A stretch of DNA of 36,683 nucleotides from Chiloscyllium plagiosum (lineage: Eukaryota). This document shows, piece after piece, positions 21,901 through 34,154 of this stretch. The DNA is taken from NCBI RefSeq assembly GCF_004010195.1, contig NC_057719.1:94269178-94305860 (forward strand), in the 5' to 3' direction. The position numbers and the translations under genes are program-made. The notes below the pieces were generated by a model that worked only from the letters and a program-made list of their open reading frames with translations, made no database searches and was not told the origin of the DNA. The stretch's first letter is position 1. Each line of letters begins with the position of its first letter.

Positions 21901-22790
21901 CAAAGGTGAACCAATTGGTATGACCATGCTGCCCATTCTACAAGCTGGACTGGTTTGATGATTTGTTTGCTTTCCAGCCTCCTGATTTCTGCCTTTACTT
22001 TTGCCCATGAGGCAAATGGTATTAGGTGGGCTTCACAGAATCATAGCTTTGCTTCTTTGTCGAGACGCAAGGTGGCCTTAACTCCTTTGATAGTCCCTAG
22101 ACATTCCTGGAAAACTCTGGGTATTTAATTAGGACTTCATTCAATCAACCATTTTTACATTGAAAAATGTTGAGACAGTCAAGGTGAATCTTTCTCAATC
22201 AATTTCATCTCACCAGGCCTGGGTCTGAGCCTTTTATTACCATCAGAGGTAACTGAACTAGCTGCTTCTCATACAATACCGGAACCAAAGTTGTACCCTT
22301 AATCTGTAAAGATTCCCTGGTACAGGTTCTCTAACCAAGGTCATACGAAAAGAGTTGGAGTCCAGAGCGAATCTTGTTCGTCTGGTTCTCTGATCATTGA
22401 AATAGCCATACCATCATTGACCTCCATTAGAACCAGGTGACCATTTAACCAGGCGTTATTTTGATTGGTTCTGATTTGAACATCGCTAAGCAATTTAATT
22501 GTTCCAAGCCAAGTTGAGGTAGGCTTTCCAGAGGGTGCACTCTCCTGGATACCAGCCTATGAGTTCTCTAACTCAATTCAGGCTCATTGACCCTCTTTTG
22601 CTATCTGGAGTCTGCATACAGGTAGCAATTACAATGGCTTGCTGGCCAGATCCTGAAGAAAATATTAAATGTTTAGTCGAGGCTTGACTTTGTTTTGGGG
22701 TATTGCTGTGGGCTGACCTATAGTCCCTCTGCTCAGGATATGTCCTGAGTGAGGCTATGTAATTGCCTTAACCAGAAATGCAACTGGAAT
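18940..22790 (-). mobile_element. Degenerate Ty3/Gypsy-type LTR retrotransposon (gag end, protease, RT, RNase H, integrase, PPT, partial 3' LTR)
   Basis: Protease-like LNGHLVLMEV (~22420-22450), RNase H AELRYTQIEKEALAVIFGV (20665-20862), integrase ERADQTLK..LFLFDYRTTPHVTT..APAE (19559-19849). Order PR-RT-RH-INT. Polypurine tract ~19150-19163 next to LTR-like 18940-19150. No 5' LTR seen. Confidence 0.88.
20915..21115. mobile_element. Palindromic MER6-like element inserted into the Gypsy pol, 12-bp perfect TSD
   Basis: gctatcagtgag at 20903-20914 and 21116-21127; inverted arms centred near 21030. Confidence 0.92.
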
Positions 22791-22839
22791 CACTATATAA
22801 ATACAATGGGTACAAAAGCAGGTCAGAGATAAAGAATAC

Positions 22840-23835
22840 TGCAATAAGTAAGTTATCTCCTGACTCCCCAAAGCTTATCCACCATCTGCACAGCACAAGT
22901 CAGGAGTGTGATGGAATAATCTCCGGATAATGGTTGAGTGGATCTCAAACAACATTTAAAAAGCTTTAAACCATCCAGGACAAAGCAGTCTGCTTAACTG
23001 GCACTAAATCCACAAACATTCATTCCCTCCACCACCAATGCTCCTAGCAATAGTGTGTACCATCTATAACAAGCATTGCAGAAATTCATCAAAGATTCTT
23101 AGACAGCACCTTCCAAACCCTGCAAACACCTTCATCTTGAAGGACAAGGGCAGCAGGTATATGGAAACATAACCATGCGGCCTGGAGCAGGGACAACAAT
23201 GACCAGCGACTTGGAGTGACAGCGACTAACATTCAAAGTGGGATTGACAGTCACCAGTGGCTGCAGCAGTGACCAACAGCCTGGAGTGTCCCAGTGCAGA
23301 CCGAGCGGAGTGCCACCAGCAGCAGCAGCACCACCACCACCACCACCCCCCCTCCACCATGGTCTGCTACAGAGAGCTGTTAGAGAGAGACTGTGATGTT
23401 TGTCTTCATAACTCTTGTTTTTCTGATCTATGGTTATACGGTGTATAGCTGTAATGTAACCTTTTCTTCATTTCTCTACTCAGTAACTAAGGAATGTACC
23501 TGGGAACTCTATATCTAAAATGGTGCTGAGTCGAAAAGTATAAACTTTTCACTGTACTCATTTGAGTACATTTGACAATAAAGCTAATTCAGTTCAATTC
23601 ACATGCAAGTTCCCCTCTATGCCACTCACCATCCTGATTAGGAAATATTCACCATTCCTTCACTGTCATTGAGTCAAATTGCTGGAATTCCCTCCTTAAC
23701 GGCAGTGTGGGTCTATCTACATCAAATGGTCTGTGGTTCAAGAAGGCAACTCACCACCCCCACATTCTCAGAGGTAATTAGGGATGGGTAATAAATTCTG
23801 TACAGCCAGTGGCACCCATGCCCCATGAGTGAATT
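22840..23835 (+). mobile_element. 3' fragment of a second LINE family (CR1/L2 group), split at ~23179-23601
   Basis: LLTPQSLSTICTAQVRSVME...TIQDKAVCL RT C-terminal pattern; tail aattagggatgggtaataaa. Confidence 0.75.
23179..23601 (+). mobile_element. Short non-autonomous retroposon with aataaa plus (aattc)n tail; contains (CAG)4(CAC)6 at 23317-23346
   Basis: Interrupts the LINE between two catgc words. The 3' end cttttcactgtactcatttgagtacatttgacaataaagctaattcagttcaattc contains a gtactca/tgagtac hairpin. Confidence 0.6.
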
Positions 23836-24154
23836 TTTTAAAAATCGCAATGATCTTGAACTGTTTTCCTTCTGGCTTATTTCAAGGATTATCTATGCAC
23901 CTTGGTGGCATCTGCCATAAAGTGGTTGCTCAATGTTAACTCTTAGTGGTGACTGATACTCTCTTTACCTGAAGTGGACAGCACATTAATTTCAGGATAC
24001 AAATGGTCACACAGACACAGAGGCTGTGTGTTTACTGAACTGTCATTATCTCTGAACTCCCCAGGTGCAGGACATTATTGCATACCTTGATAACCACTTG
24101 GGTGCAATCAATGACCAACAAGTAAGAGCGAGGTGAGGAATAGGGAGAGTGAGG

Positions 24155-27100
24155 AATTGAACACATGGCTACAGGGATGGTGCAGGAAGGAGAATTTCAG
24201 AAACCTGGATAATTTGGGGCTCTTTCTGGGATAGGTGGGACCTCTACAAACAGGATGGTCTACACCTGAACCAGACGACTACCAATATCCTGGAGGGAAA
24301 ATTTGCTAATACTCTTCGGGAGGGCTTAAACTAATTCAGCAGGGGAACGGGAACCTAAATTGTAGTTCCAGTGTCCAGGAGTTTGAGAGTAGTGAGGTCA
24401 GAAATATGGTTTCAAGTTCACAAGAGTTCACCGGCAAGCAGGAAAGTGGCTTGAAGTGTAGTCCACTTCAATGCTAGGAGCATCTGGAAAATGGTGGGTG
24501 AACTTACAGTATGGGTTGGTACTGGGACTTCGATGTTGTGGCCATTTCAGAGACATGTATAGCACAGGGACAGATTTGGTTGCTGCAGGTTCCAGGAGCT
24601 AGATGTTTCACAAGAACAGAGGAAATGCTAAAAGAGCGGGACGTATGGCATTGTTAGTTAAGGACAGTATTACGGTAGCAGAAAGGACATTTGAGGACAT
24701 GTCAACTGAGATAATATGGGCTGAGGTTAGAAAAAGGAAAGGACAGGTCACGCTGTTGGGAGTTTTCTATAGGCCTCTGAAAAGGTCCAGAGATGTAGAG
24801 GAAAGGATAGCAAAGATAATTCTCCTTAGGAGCGAGTGTAACAGTGTAGTTGTTATGGGGAACTTTCTAAATATTGACTGGTTATACTATAGTTCGAGTA
24901 CTTTAGATGAGTTAGTTTTTGTCCAATGTGTGTAGGAGGGTTTCCTGACACAGTATGTAGACAAGCCACCAAGGTGCAAGGCCACATTGGATTTAGTACT
25001 GGGTAATGAACCCGGCCAGGTGTTAGATTTGGAGGTAGGTGAGCACTTTGGTGATAGTGACCACAATTTGGTGGTAGTGACCACAATTTGGTTACATTTA
25101 CTTTAGTAATGGAAAAGGATAAATATATAACACAGGGCAAGAGTTATTGCTAGGGGAAGGCAATTATGGTACAATTAGGCAAGATTTAAGATACATAGGA
25201 TGGGGAAGGAAACTGCAGGCGATGGGCACAATTGAAATATGGAACTTATTTAAGGAACAGCTACTGCGAGTCCTTGATAAGTCTGTACCTCTCAGGTAGG
25301 GAAGAAGTGGTCCAGCATGGGAGCCGTGGTTTACTACAGAAGTTGAATCTCTTGTCAAGAGGAAGGAGAAGGCTTATGTTAGGATGAGATGTGAAGGCTC
25401 AGTTAGGATGCTTGAGAGTTACCAGTTAGCCAGGAAAGACAAAAAGAGACAACTAAGAAGAGCCAGGATGGGACATGAAAAGTTGTTGGCAGATAGGATC
25501 AAGTATAACAGGAATAAAAGAATAGCTAGAGAAAGATTAGAGCCAATCAAGGATAGCAGTGGGAAATTGTGCATGGAATCTGAGGAGATAGGGGAAGCAC
25601 TAAATGAATATATTTCATCAGTATTCACACTGAAAAAAGATAATGTTGTTGAAGAGAATAGTGAGATACAGGCTACTAGACTAGATGGGATTTTGACGTT
25701 CGCAAGGAGGAGGTGTTAGCAATTCTGGAAAGTGTGAAAACAGGTATGTTCCCTGGGCCAGATGGGATTTATCCTAGTATGTTCTGGGAAGTCAGGTAGG
25801 AGATTCCAGAGCTTTTGGCTTTGATCTTTATGTCATCATTGTCTACAGGAATAGTGCCAGAAGACTGGAGGATAGCAAATGCTGTCCCCTTGTTCAAGAA
25901 GGGAAGTAGAGACAACCATGGTAATTATAGACCAGTGAGCCTTACTTTGGTTGTGGGTAAAGTGTTGGAAAAGGTTATAAGAGACAGGATTTATAATCAT
26001 CTTGATAGGAATAAGTTGATTAGGGATAGTCAACACAGTTTTGTGAAAGGTAGGTCGTGCCTTACAAACCTTATTGAAATTTTTGAGATGGTGACCAAAC
26101 AGGTGGATGAGGGTAAATTGGTTGATGTGGTGCATATGGATTTCAGTAAAATGTTTGATAAGATTCCCCATGGTAGGTTATTGCACAAAATATGGTGGAA
26201 TGGGATTGAGGGTGATTTAGTGGTTTGGATGAGAAATTGGCTAGCTGAAAGAAGACAAGAGGGTGGTCGTCAATGGGAAATGTTCATCCTGGAGTTCAGT
26301 TACTAGTGGTGTACCACAAGGATCTGTTTTGGGATCAGTGCTGTTTGCCATTTTTATAAATGACCTGGATGAGGGTATTGAAGGATTGGTTAGTAAATTT
26401 GCGGATGACACTAAGGTTGGTGGAGTTGTGGATAGTGACAAAGGATGTTGTGGGTTACAGAGGGACATAGATAAGCTGCAGAGCTGGGCTTAGAGGAGGC
26501 AAATGGAGTTTAATGCGGAAAAGTGTGAGATGATTCATTTTGAAAGGAGCAACAGAAATAAAGAGTACTGGACTAATGATAATATTCTTGGTAGTGTAGA
26601 TGAGCAGAGAGATCTTGATGTCCATGTGCATAAATCCCTGAATGTTGCCACCCAGGATGATAGGATTGTTAAAAAGGCATACGGGGTGTTAGTTTTTATT
26701 GGTAGAGGAATAGAGTTTTGGAGCCACGAGGTCATGCTTCAGCTGTACAAGACTCTGGTGCGGCCGCCCTTGGAGTATTGCGTACCGTTCTGGTCTCTGC
26801 ATTATAGGAAGGATGTGGAACTTTGGAAAGGGTGCAGAGGAGATTTACTAGGACATTGCCTGGTATGGAGGGAAGGTCTTAACAGGAGAGACTGAGGGAC
26901 TTGATGCTGTTTTTGTTTGAGAGAAGAAAGTTGAGAGGTGACTTAATTGAGACATACAAGATAATCAGAGGATTAGATAGGGTGAACAATGAGAGCCATT
27001 TTCCTCGGATGTCATGATATGATAAAGCTTTAAATTTAGGGGTGATAGATATAGGACAGATGTCAGAAGTAGTTTCTTTATTCAGAGAATATTAGGGGTG

Positions 27101-27292
27101 TGGAATACACTGCCTGCAACAGTCGTAGACTCGTCAACTTTAAAGACATTTAAATGGTCATTGTATAAACACATGGATGAGAATGGAATAGTGTAGGATA
27201 GATAGGCTTCGGATTGGTTTCACAGGTCGGCGCAACATTGAGGGCTGAAGTGCCTGTACTGTGCTGTATTGTTCTATGTTCTCTGTTCTATG
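24155..27292 (+). mobile_element. Degenerate CR1 LINE: end of ORF1 (SGNH-esterase-like), full ORF2 span, 3' UTR
   Basis: WDLYKQDGLHLN at ~24235-24270; [31 protein letters not shown]; tail gttctatgttctctgttctatg. 20-bp tandem duplication at ~25050-25092. Many stops. Confidence 0.96.
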
Positions 27293-27780
27293 AAGTTTAG
27301 GATATTTCAGCATTTTATGGTATTTTGTTTGGCTTCACAATAGAAGATTCCTCATCTCTGATTGGGGATGAAAGCAACTCAATGTTTGAGCACACCAAAA
27401 TGATTAGTTAACTCTTCAACAGACTTAGAGTAATTGTGATTCCCGATGCATGCTGAATGTATATTTACAATTAAGATTGTAATTTCTCACTGTTCTCTAC
27501 CTCATGACAGTCAGTCAACTCCAACTAAAACAGTGACTAGATAATCCCACGAAGCATCTCTCTTGAAGCTATCACCAACTAGAAGTAAGGAGCTATTTTT
27601 CCTTCTTGGATGTAAATAAACAGGACTCTGACCTCTGAACATAAAATGAATACATGTGATCTATTTCTATGGAGAACTTTATAAACTTACTATTGCAGAT
27701 TTAGAATGATGATTTACTTAAAGTGAGTGATCAGAACATTTTACACAGAATGTCTTGGAAATCTTAATATTTAGACAAAC

Positions 27781-27878
27781 TTTTCCAATGATGTAATTGC
27801 ATTCCATCAGCATTACACTGCCAAATAATCCATTTCCAGTGTTAACAACGTTGTACAAAAGAACGCGGTGAGGTGCAT
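27781..27878 (-). CDS. Candidate internal exon (98 nt, phase 1 to 0)
   Basis: Acceptor ttttattctcag, donor gtttgt, peptide (D)APHRVLLYNVVNTGNGLFGSVMLMECNYIIGK, in non-repeat DNA. Confidence 0.35.
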
Positions 27879-28149
27879 CTGAGAATAAAATTAAGTTTAT
27901 TTGTGCTAACATAGTCAAAAGCCTATTTTGGTAGATGAGCTATATTTAATGGCAGTCTGTTGACGCAGAAATTATAATATTTTTTCGGAGGAGAGTTGTA
28001 CTATTGATGCCTGTGATTTATTTTACAATAAGAGTAATATTTATCATCAATCAGGTGGGTTGAATCACAGTGGAAGTAAATCAATTAAAAATATTAAATC
28101 CAAAACCAACCTACCTCCAATGGATCTACTCCTGGTTTTAATAGAAACA

Positions 28150-28420
28150 GATATCAAGCAGCAGGCAAACACTCTGCTCCCAAGAGTGGGTTGATCAATA
28201 TGATCTTTCAAGGAGGTGATATACCCACCTTTCAAGAGGAGATTGAAATAGGTTCACAGAAGGGCCAACATTTCTTGATTGACATTTACAAACTTCTTTC
28301 TCTTAGATCTGATTTGACAATTTCTCAATGCTTATTAACACAAGATAAGGAGATGACAAGTGCTAATAATTTGTGTTATTCATCCTCTAAAGTTCGCCTT
28401 GATTAACAATTTTCATAGAA
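28150..28420 (-). mobile_element. Very old LINE 3' remnant (CR1-like)
   Basis: Weak minus-strand resemblance to the CR1 EVYK...TSFK.HLD region and tail. Confidence 0.4.
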
Positions 28421-29250
28421 TTGCAGTAACATTGGTTTCTTTTAAAGAACTTATGAATGGGAGACGAGTAGGTGGGTATGAGGTTTGAATGGACATAAAG
28501 TTACCAGGGGTTATAAAAGGCCATGGAGGTGGATATGGAAAGGCATGCATGGCTTGGCTAAGAGGTTTAAATCTTTCAAACAATTCCTGACCTCAGGAAT
28601 TGGTTCCTGACTCTTTGAGAGGTTGTGAATATTGATTTCTTCAGAAGTTGGACTTTTTAAAAATTGAAGGGGGCTGCAAGATGCCTAAAGCTCCTGATAT
28701 CTCAAAGGCCAGGTCAGGAGTGCTGTCTCCACTGCCTATACTCTTTTCATGCATCAAAGAAAACTTTGAGCATCTGAAATTTGGACAGGAATCCCAAATC
28801 AGGCCTTTCCCACCATTTTTAAAGGTCTGAGTCTCTAAGACTCCTCAAAAATCTGATCATTCAGTTGGGATCAGTAAAGTACAGAAACACAGATATCATT
28901 GGGTATTTCAGTCAGAGATACAGGTATGCATTCCAATAGCCTCCATTATGATTGCTGCATGGTGTGTTGCCTTTCTGGTGACTAAATAAAGGGCATCACC
29001 TCTGAAAAGGTTTTCTACCTACTGGTTCAGCTGTAGATATCAGACTTGGGGGGAGAAAAGTCCCTTATACCACTGCATAGAGAGCTACCTTCCATTAACA
29101 ATTTGCTTTAATTTTGCTAATGAGCAACATAGATTTTTAAATATTCTGTATGCCTCTATTGAGGAAAGTGAAGGGAATAGAAATTCGAAGTCGGAGGTTG
29201 AACTGGAAAAAGTAACTGTGATATAGCCTGCTCTATTATTGTTATTTCTG

Positions 29251-30244
29251 CGATTTTTGAGAAAATTTGTAGCTCAGGTTGATGTTCGGGTTGGAAATTT
29301 GCTTGCTTACTGGCACAATCCTTACTGGCATAAATTTCACCAAAGAGGAAGAGAACAACAACAGAGTCCCCTCCCTAGATGTCACAGTAGAACAAACAGT
29401 CAATGGAGAAGTGCAGACCAGCGTTTACAGGAAAGCAACACACACAGACGAAATTATCAACTACAAGATCAGTCATCCCAACACCCACAAAAAGAGCTAT
29501 ATCAGAACATTACTTAAATGGGCCATAACACACTGCAGCACCCAGGAACTACGAGCAGCAGAAGAAAAATATCTAAACGGCATATTCAAAAACGATGGGT
29601 ACCCGATAAGCACAGTCCACTGATTCTTAAACAACAATCCCAAACAAGAAGACATAAAATACCCAGAGACTGTAGCCACACTATCATACCTCAAAGACAT
29701 CTTGCTGGTGACTACACGAATACTCTGACCCCTTGGTAGCCCACAAGCCTACCAACACACTGAAACAGCTACTGATGAATCTACAATCAGCAAAATGAAT
29801 GTCATTTACAAAATACCCTGCAAGGACTGCAACAAACATTACATTGGACATACATGCAGGAAACTAGGATACATGAACACCAACTAGCCACCAAAAGACA
29901 TGACCAGCTATCAGTAGTATTCTTACAGCTAGACAACGAAGGACACCATTTTGACTTGGGCAACATATCCATCCCAGGACAGGCTAAACAGAGACTTACA
30001 TGGGAATTCCTTGAGGCTTGGTATTCAAACGAGAACATAAACACATCAATTTGGACCCCATTTACCAATCTCTGAGAAAAAGAACTGGAAATGATATCAC
30101 TCACCTTAACAGACCAAGACACATAAATAGGAAGTGGGACAGAACACCAGTGCTTTATCGGAGGCTCACTGAAGATGTTACCTAGCATGATGACAATACA
30201 TCTGAGAACAAATCTACCAGCTCAGCAATCAAACTTACAACCTG
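29251..30244 (+). mobile_element. 5'-truncated Penelope-like element (RT thumb plus GIY-YIG) with a short inverted terminus and 13-bp TSD
   Basis: INFTKEEENNNRVPSLDVTV, TSVYRKATHTD, NVIYKIPCKDCNKHYIG, RIHEHQLATKRHD, EFLEAWYS. Inverted end at 29251-29307. TSD attgtta(t/c)ttctg at 29238-29250 and 30245-30257. Decayed hammerhead at ~30166-30205. Confidence 0.92.
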
Positions 30245-30536
30245 ATTGTTACTTCTGTTATATGCATCACCATTGATGGGCTGCCATTTTGGTAATACAG
30301 CCAAAAACAACTTAGACTTGTATAACACTTTTCTTGTGTTCTCAGAGAGATTTACAGGAAGGTTAATAATAACCTGAAGGAAAACAATGAAGGAGTAAAG
30401 ATGTCAGCAAGAAATAGTGAATTTACAAAGAAGGAAAAGAAGCTTTGAGTCTGGTGAGTTTAGTGCAGCAATTTCACATCCTTCCAGGTGTTGCAATATC
30501 AGTCTCTCAGCAAGATACGAGTTTAATTAAGCTCTG

Positions 30537-33500
30537 AATTATCCTGGGGGGACATTTGCTAATGCAGTTTGGAAGGGTTTAAACTAATTCAGCAGAGGGA
30601 TGGGAATCTTAATTGTAGCTCCAGTGTACAGGAGGTTGAGAGAGGTGAAGTTAAAAAAAAGGTTTCAAGATCGTAAGACTGTAGCGGCAGGCATGAAGGT
30701 GGTTTGAAGTGTGTCTATTTCAATGCCAGGAACATCCAGAACAAGGTGGGTGAACTTGCAGCATGGGTTGGTACCTGGGACTTTGATGTTGTGACCATTT
30801 TGGAGACATGGATAGAGCAGGGACAGGAATGGTTGTTGCAGGTTCCGGGGTTTACATGTTTCAGTAAGTACAGGGAAGATGGTAAAAGACGGAGAAGTGT
30901 CGCATGGTTAGTCAAGGACAGTATTCCGCTGGCAGAAAGAATGTTTGATGAGGACTCATCTACTGAGGTACTATGGACTGAGGTTAGAAAGAGGAAAGGA
31001 GAGGTCACCCTGTTGGGAGTTTTCTACAGGCCTCCGAATAGTTCCAGAGATGTAAAGGAAAGGATAGCAAAGAAGATTCTGGATAGGAGGGAGAGTGACA
31101 CGGTAGTTGTTATGGGGAGCTTTAACTTTCTAAATTTTGACTGGAAACTCTATAGTTTGAGTATTTTAGATATGTTAGGTTTTGTCCAATGTGTGCAGGG
31201 GGGTTTCCTGACACAGTATGTAGACAGGCCAACAAGAGACGAGGCCACATTGGATTTGGTACTGGGTAATTAACCCGGCCAAGTGTTAGATTTGGAGGTA
31301 GGTGAACACTTTGGTGATAGTGATGACAGTTTGGTTACGTTTACTTTAGCGATGAAAAGTGATAGCTATATACTACAGGGCAAGAACTACAGCTGGGGAA
31401 AGGCAATTACGATGCAATTAGGCAAGACTTAGGATGCATTGGATGGGGAAGGAAACTGCAGGGGGTGGGCACAATTGAAATGGGAGCTTGTTCAAGGAAC
31501 AGCTACTGTGAGTCCTTGATAAGTATGTACCTGTCAGGCAGGAAGGAAGTAGTTGAGTGAGGGAACCGTGGTTTAGTAAAGAAGTTGAATCTCTTGTCAA
31601 GAGGAAGAAGGAGGCTTATATAAAGATGAGACGTGAAGACTCAGTTAGGGCGCTTGAGAGTTACAGGTTAGCCCGGAAGGACCGAAAGAGAGAGTTAAGA
31701 AGAGCCAGGAGAGCACATGAGGAGTCATTGGTAGGTAGGATCAAGGAAAACCTTAAAGCTTTCTATTGGTATGTTAAGAATAAAAGAATGACAAGAGTAA
31801 ATTTGGGCCAGTCAAGGACAGTAGTGGGAAGTTGTGCGTGGAGTCTGAGGAGATAGGAGAGGCGCTAAATGAATATTTTTCATCAGTATTCAGACAGGAA
31901 AAAGACAATGCTGAGATACAGGCTATTCGACCAGATGGGATTGAAGTTCATGAGGAGGTGATAGTAATTCTGGAAAGTGTGAAAATAGATAAGTTCCCTG
32001 GGCTGGATGGGATTTATCTTAGGATTCTCTGGGAAGTCAGGGAGGAGATTGCAGAGCCTTTGGCTTTATGTCATCATTATCCAAAGGAATAGTGCCAGAA
32101 GACTGGAGGATGGCAAATGTTGTCCCCTTGTTCAAGAAGGGGAGTAGAGACAACCCTGGTAATTATAGACTAGTGAGTCTTACTTCGATTATGGGTAAAG
32201 TGTTGGAAAGGGTTATAAGAGATAGGATTTATAATAATCTAGAAAGGAATAATTTGATTGGGGATAGTCACCACGGTTTTGTGAAGCATAGGTAATGCCT
32301 CACAAACCTTATTGAGTTCTTTGAGGAGGTGGCCAAACAGGTGGATGAGGGTAAAGTAATTGATAAGACCATAAGACATAGGAGTGGAATGTGGTGTATA
32401 TGGATTTCAGTAAGGCATTTGATATCTTTCCCCATGGTAGGCTACTGCAGAAAATACAGAGGCATGGGATTGAGGATGATATAGCAGTTTGGATCAGAAA
32501 TTGGCTAGTTGTATGAAGACAGAGGGAAGTGGTTGATGGGAAATGTTCATCCTGGAGTTTGGTTACGAGTAGTGTACCACAAAGATCTATTTTGGGGCCA
32601 CTGCTGTTTATCATTTTTGTAAATGACCTGGATGAGGGTGTAGAAGGATGGGTTAGTAAATTTGCAGATGACACTGAGGTCGGTGGTGTTCTGGACAGTG
32701 TGGAAGGATGTTGCAGGTTACAGAGGGACATAGATAAGCTGCAGAACTGGGCTGAGAAGAGTTAAATGGATTTTAATGTGGAAAAGTGTGAGGTGGTTCA
32801 CTTTGGAAGGTGCAACAGGAATACAGAGTACTGGGCTAATGGTAAGATTCTTGGTAGTGTGGATGAGCAGAGAGATCTTGGTATACATGAGCATAGATCC
32901 CTGAAAGTTGCCACCCAGGTTGATAAGGTTGTGAAGAAGGTGTACAGTGTGTTAACTTTTATTGTTAGAGTGATTGAGTTTTGGAGCCATGAAGTCATGC
33001 TGCAGCTGTACAAAACTTTGGTGTGACTGCACTTGGAGTATTGCATACAGTTCTGGTCACCACATTATAGGAAGGATGTGGAAGCTTTGGAAAGGGCTCA
33101 GAGGAGATTTACTGGGATGTTGCCTGGTATGGTAAGAAGGTCTTACGAGGAAAGGCTGAGCGACTTAAGGCTATTTTCATTAGAGAGAAGAAGGTTTGCA
33201 GGCGACTTAACAGACACATATAAGATGATCAGAGGATTGGATAGCGTGGACAGTAAGAGCCTTTTTCCTCAGATGGTGATGGCTATCATGAGGGGGCATA
33301 GCATTAAATTAAAGGGTGATAGATATAGGACAAATGTCAGAGGTAGGTTCTTCACTCAGAGAGTAGTAAGAGCATGGAACGCCTTTCCTGCAGCAGTCTT
33401 GGACTTGCCAACTTTAAGGACATTTAAATGGTCATTGGATAAACATATGGATGATAATGGAATAGTGTAGGATAGATGGGCTTCAGATTGTTTTCACAGG

Positions 33501-33559
33501 TTGGTGCAACTTCAAGGGCTGAAGGGTCTGTTCTGCACTGTAATGTTCTATGTTCTATG
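30537..33559 (+). mobile_element. Degenerate CR1 LINE, full ORF2 span, same subfamily as 24155-27292 and 12044-15172
   Basis: LKCVYFNARNI, ETW, GVFYRPPNS, TLDLVLGN (APE); NYRLVSLT, SKFADDT, EYCIQFWSPH; tail gttctatgttctatg. Confidence 0.96.
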
Positions 33560-33858
33560 AAAGAGAAGTGCCACAAAAACACAGCAAGCTCCTTATTTCC
33601 ATGTTGCACTGGTCATGTTCTATCATTGGAATCTGTTGTCCTATTTAACCTCACTGTTGGATCTATAGCAAGATTCAGCTCCTAGTTGTTATTCATTCAT
33701 AGCATCCATAGTAGCATTTCCATCTGGAAGAGAAAAGTACAGGTACAAAAGTGGATAGATGCGACTTAGTGAAGCTACAAGGCTAGAAATAGGAAAATAG
33801 CTCATGTGTGGCTAGAACTTACATGCATTACAATAGGATTGGGATCATAAACTGAAAG

Positions 33859-34154
33859 CCCTTCTTCTGGAATGAGGACAGTGTGTCCAGCAGGCTATGA
33901 TAGAGGGAGGAAGAGAGCTTCTTCAAGGAAGGCATTCTTGAACCTACTGCGAATCCTCTTACAAGGATGCCTTCCTTGAAGAAGCTCTCTTCCTCCCTCT
34001 ATCTTAGCCTGCTGGACACACTCTCCTCATTCCTGAAGGGCTTATGCCCGAAACGTCAATTCTCCTGTTCCTTGGATGCTGCCTGACCTGCTGCGCTTTT
34101 CCAGCAACACGTTTTCAGCTCTGATCTCCAGCATCTGCAGCCCTCACTTTCTCT
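33859..34154. mobile_element. Palindromic MER6-like/PLE 3'-end element with perfect 15-bp TSD
   Basis: atcataaactgaaag at 33844-33858 and 34155-34169. Inverted arms ~33859-33940 and ~33962-34041 with a ~21-nt loop, then the family tail. Confidence 0.92.

Noticed and set aside
23257..23448. PolyQ/polyH protein
   Set aside because: It is the translation of a CAG/CAC microsatellite inside a retroposon.
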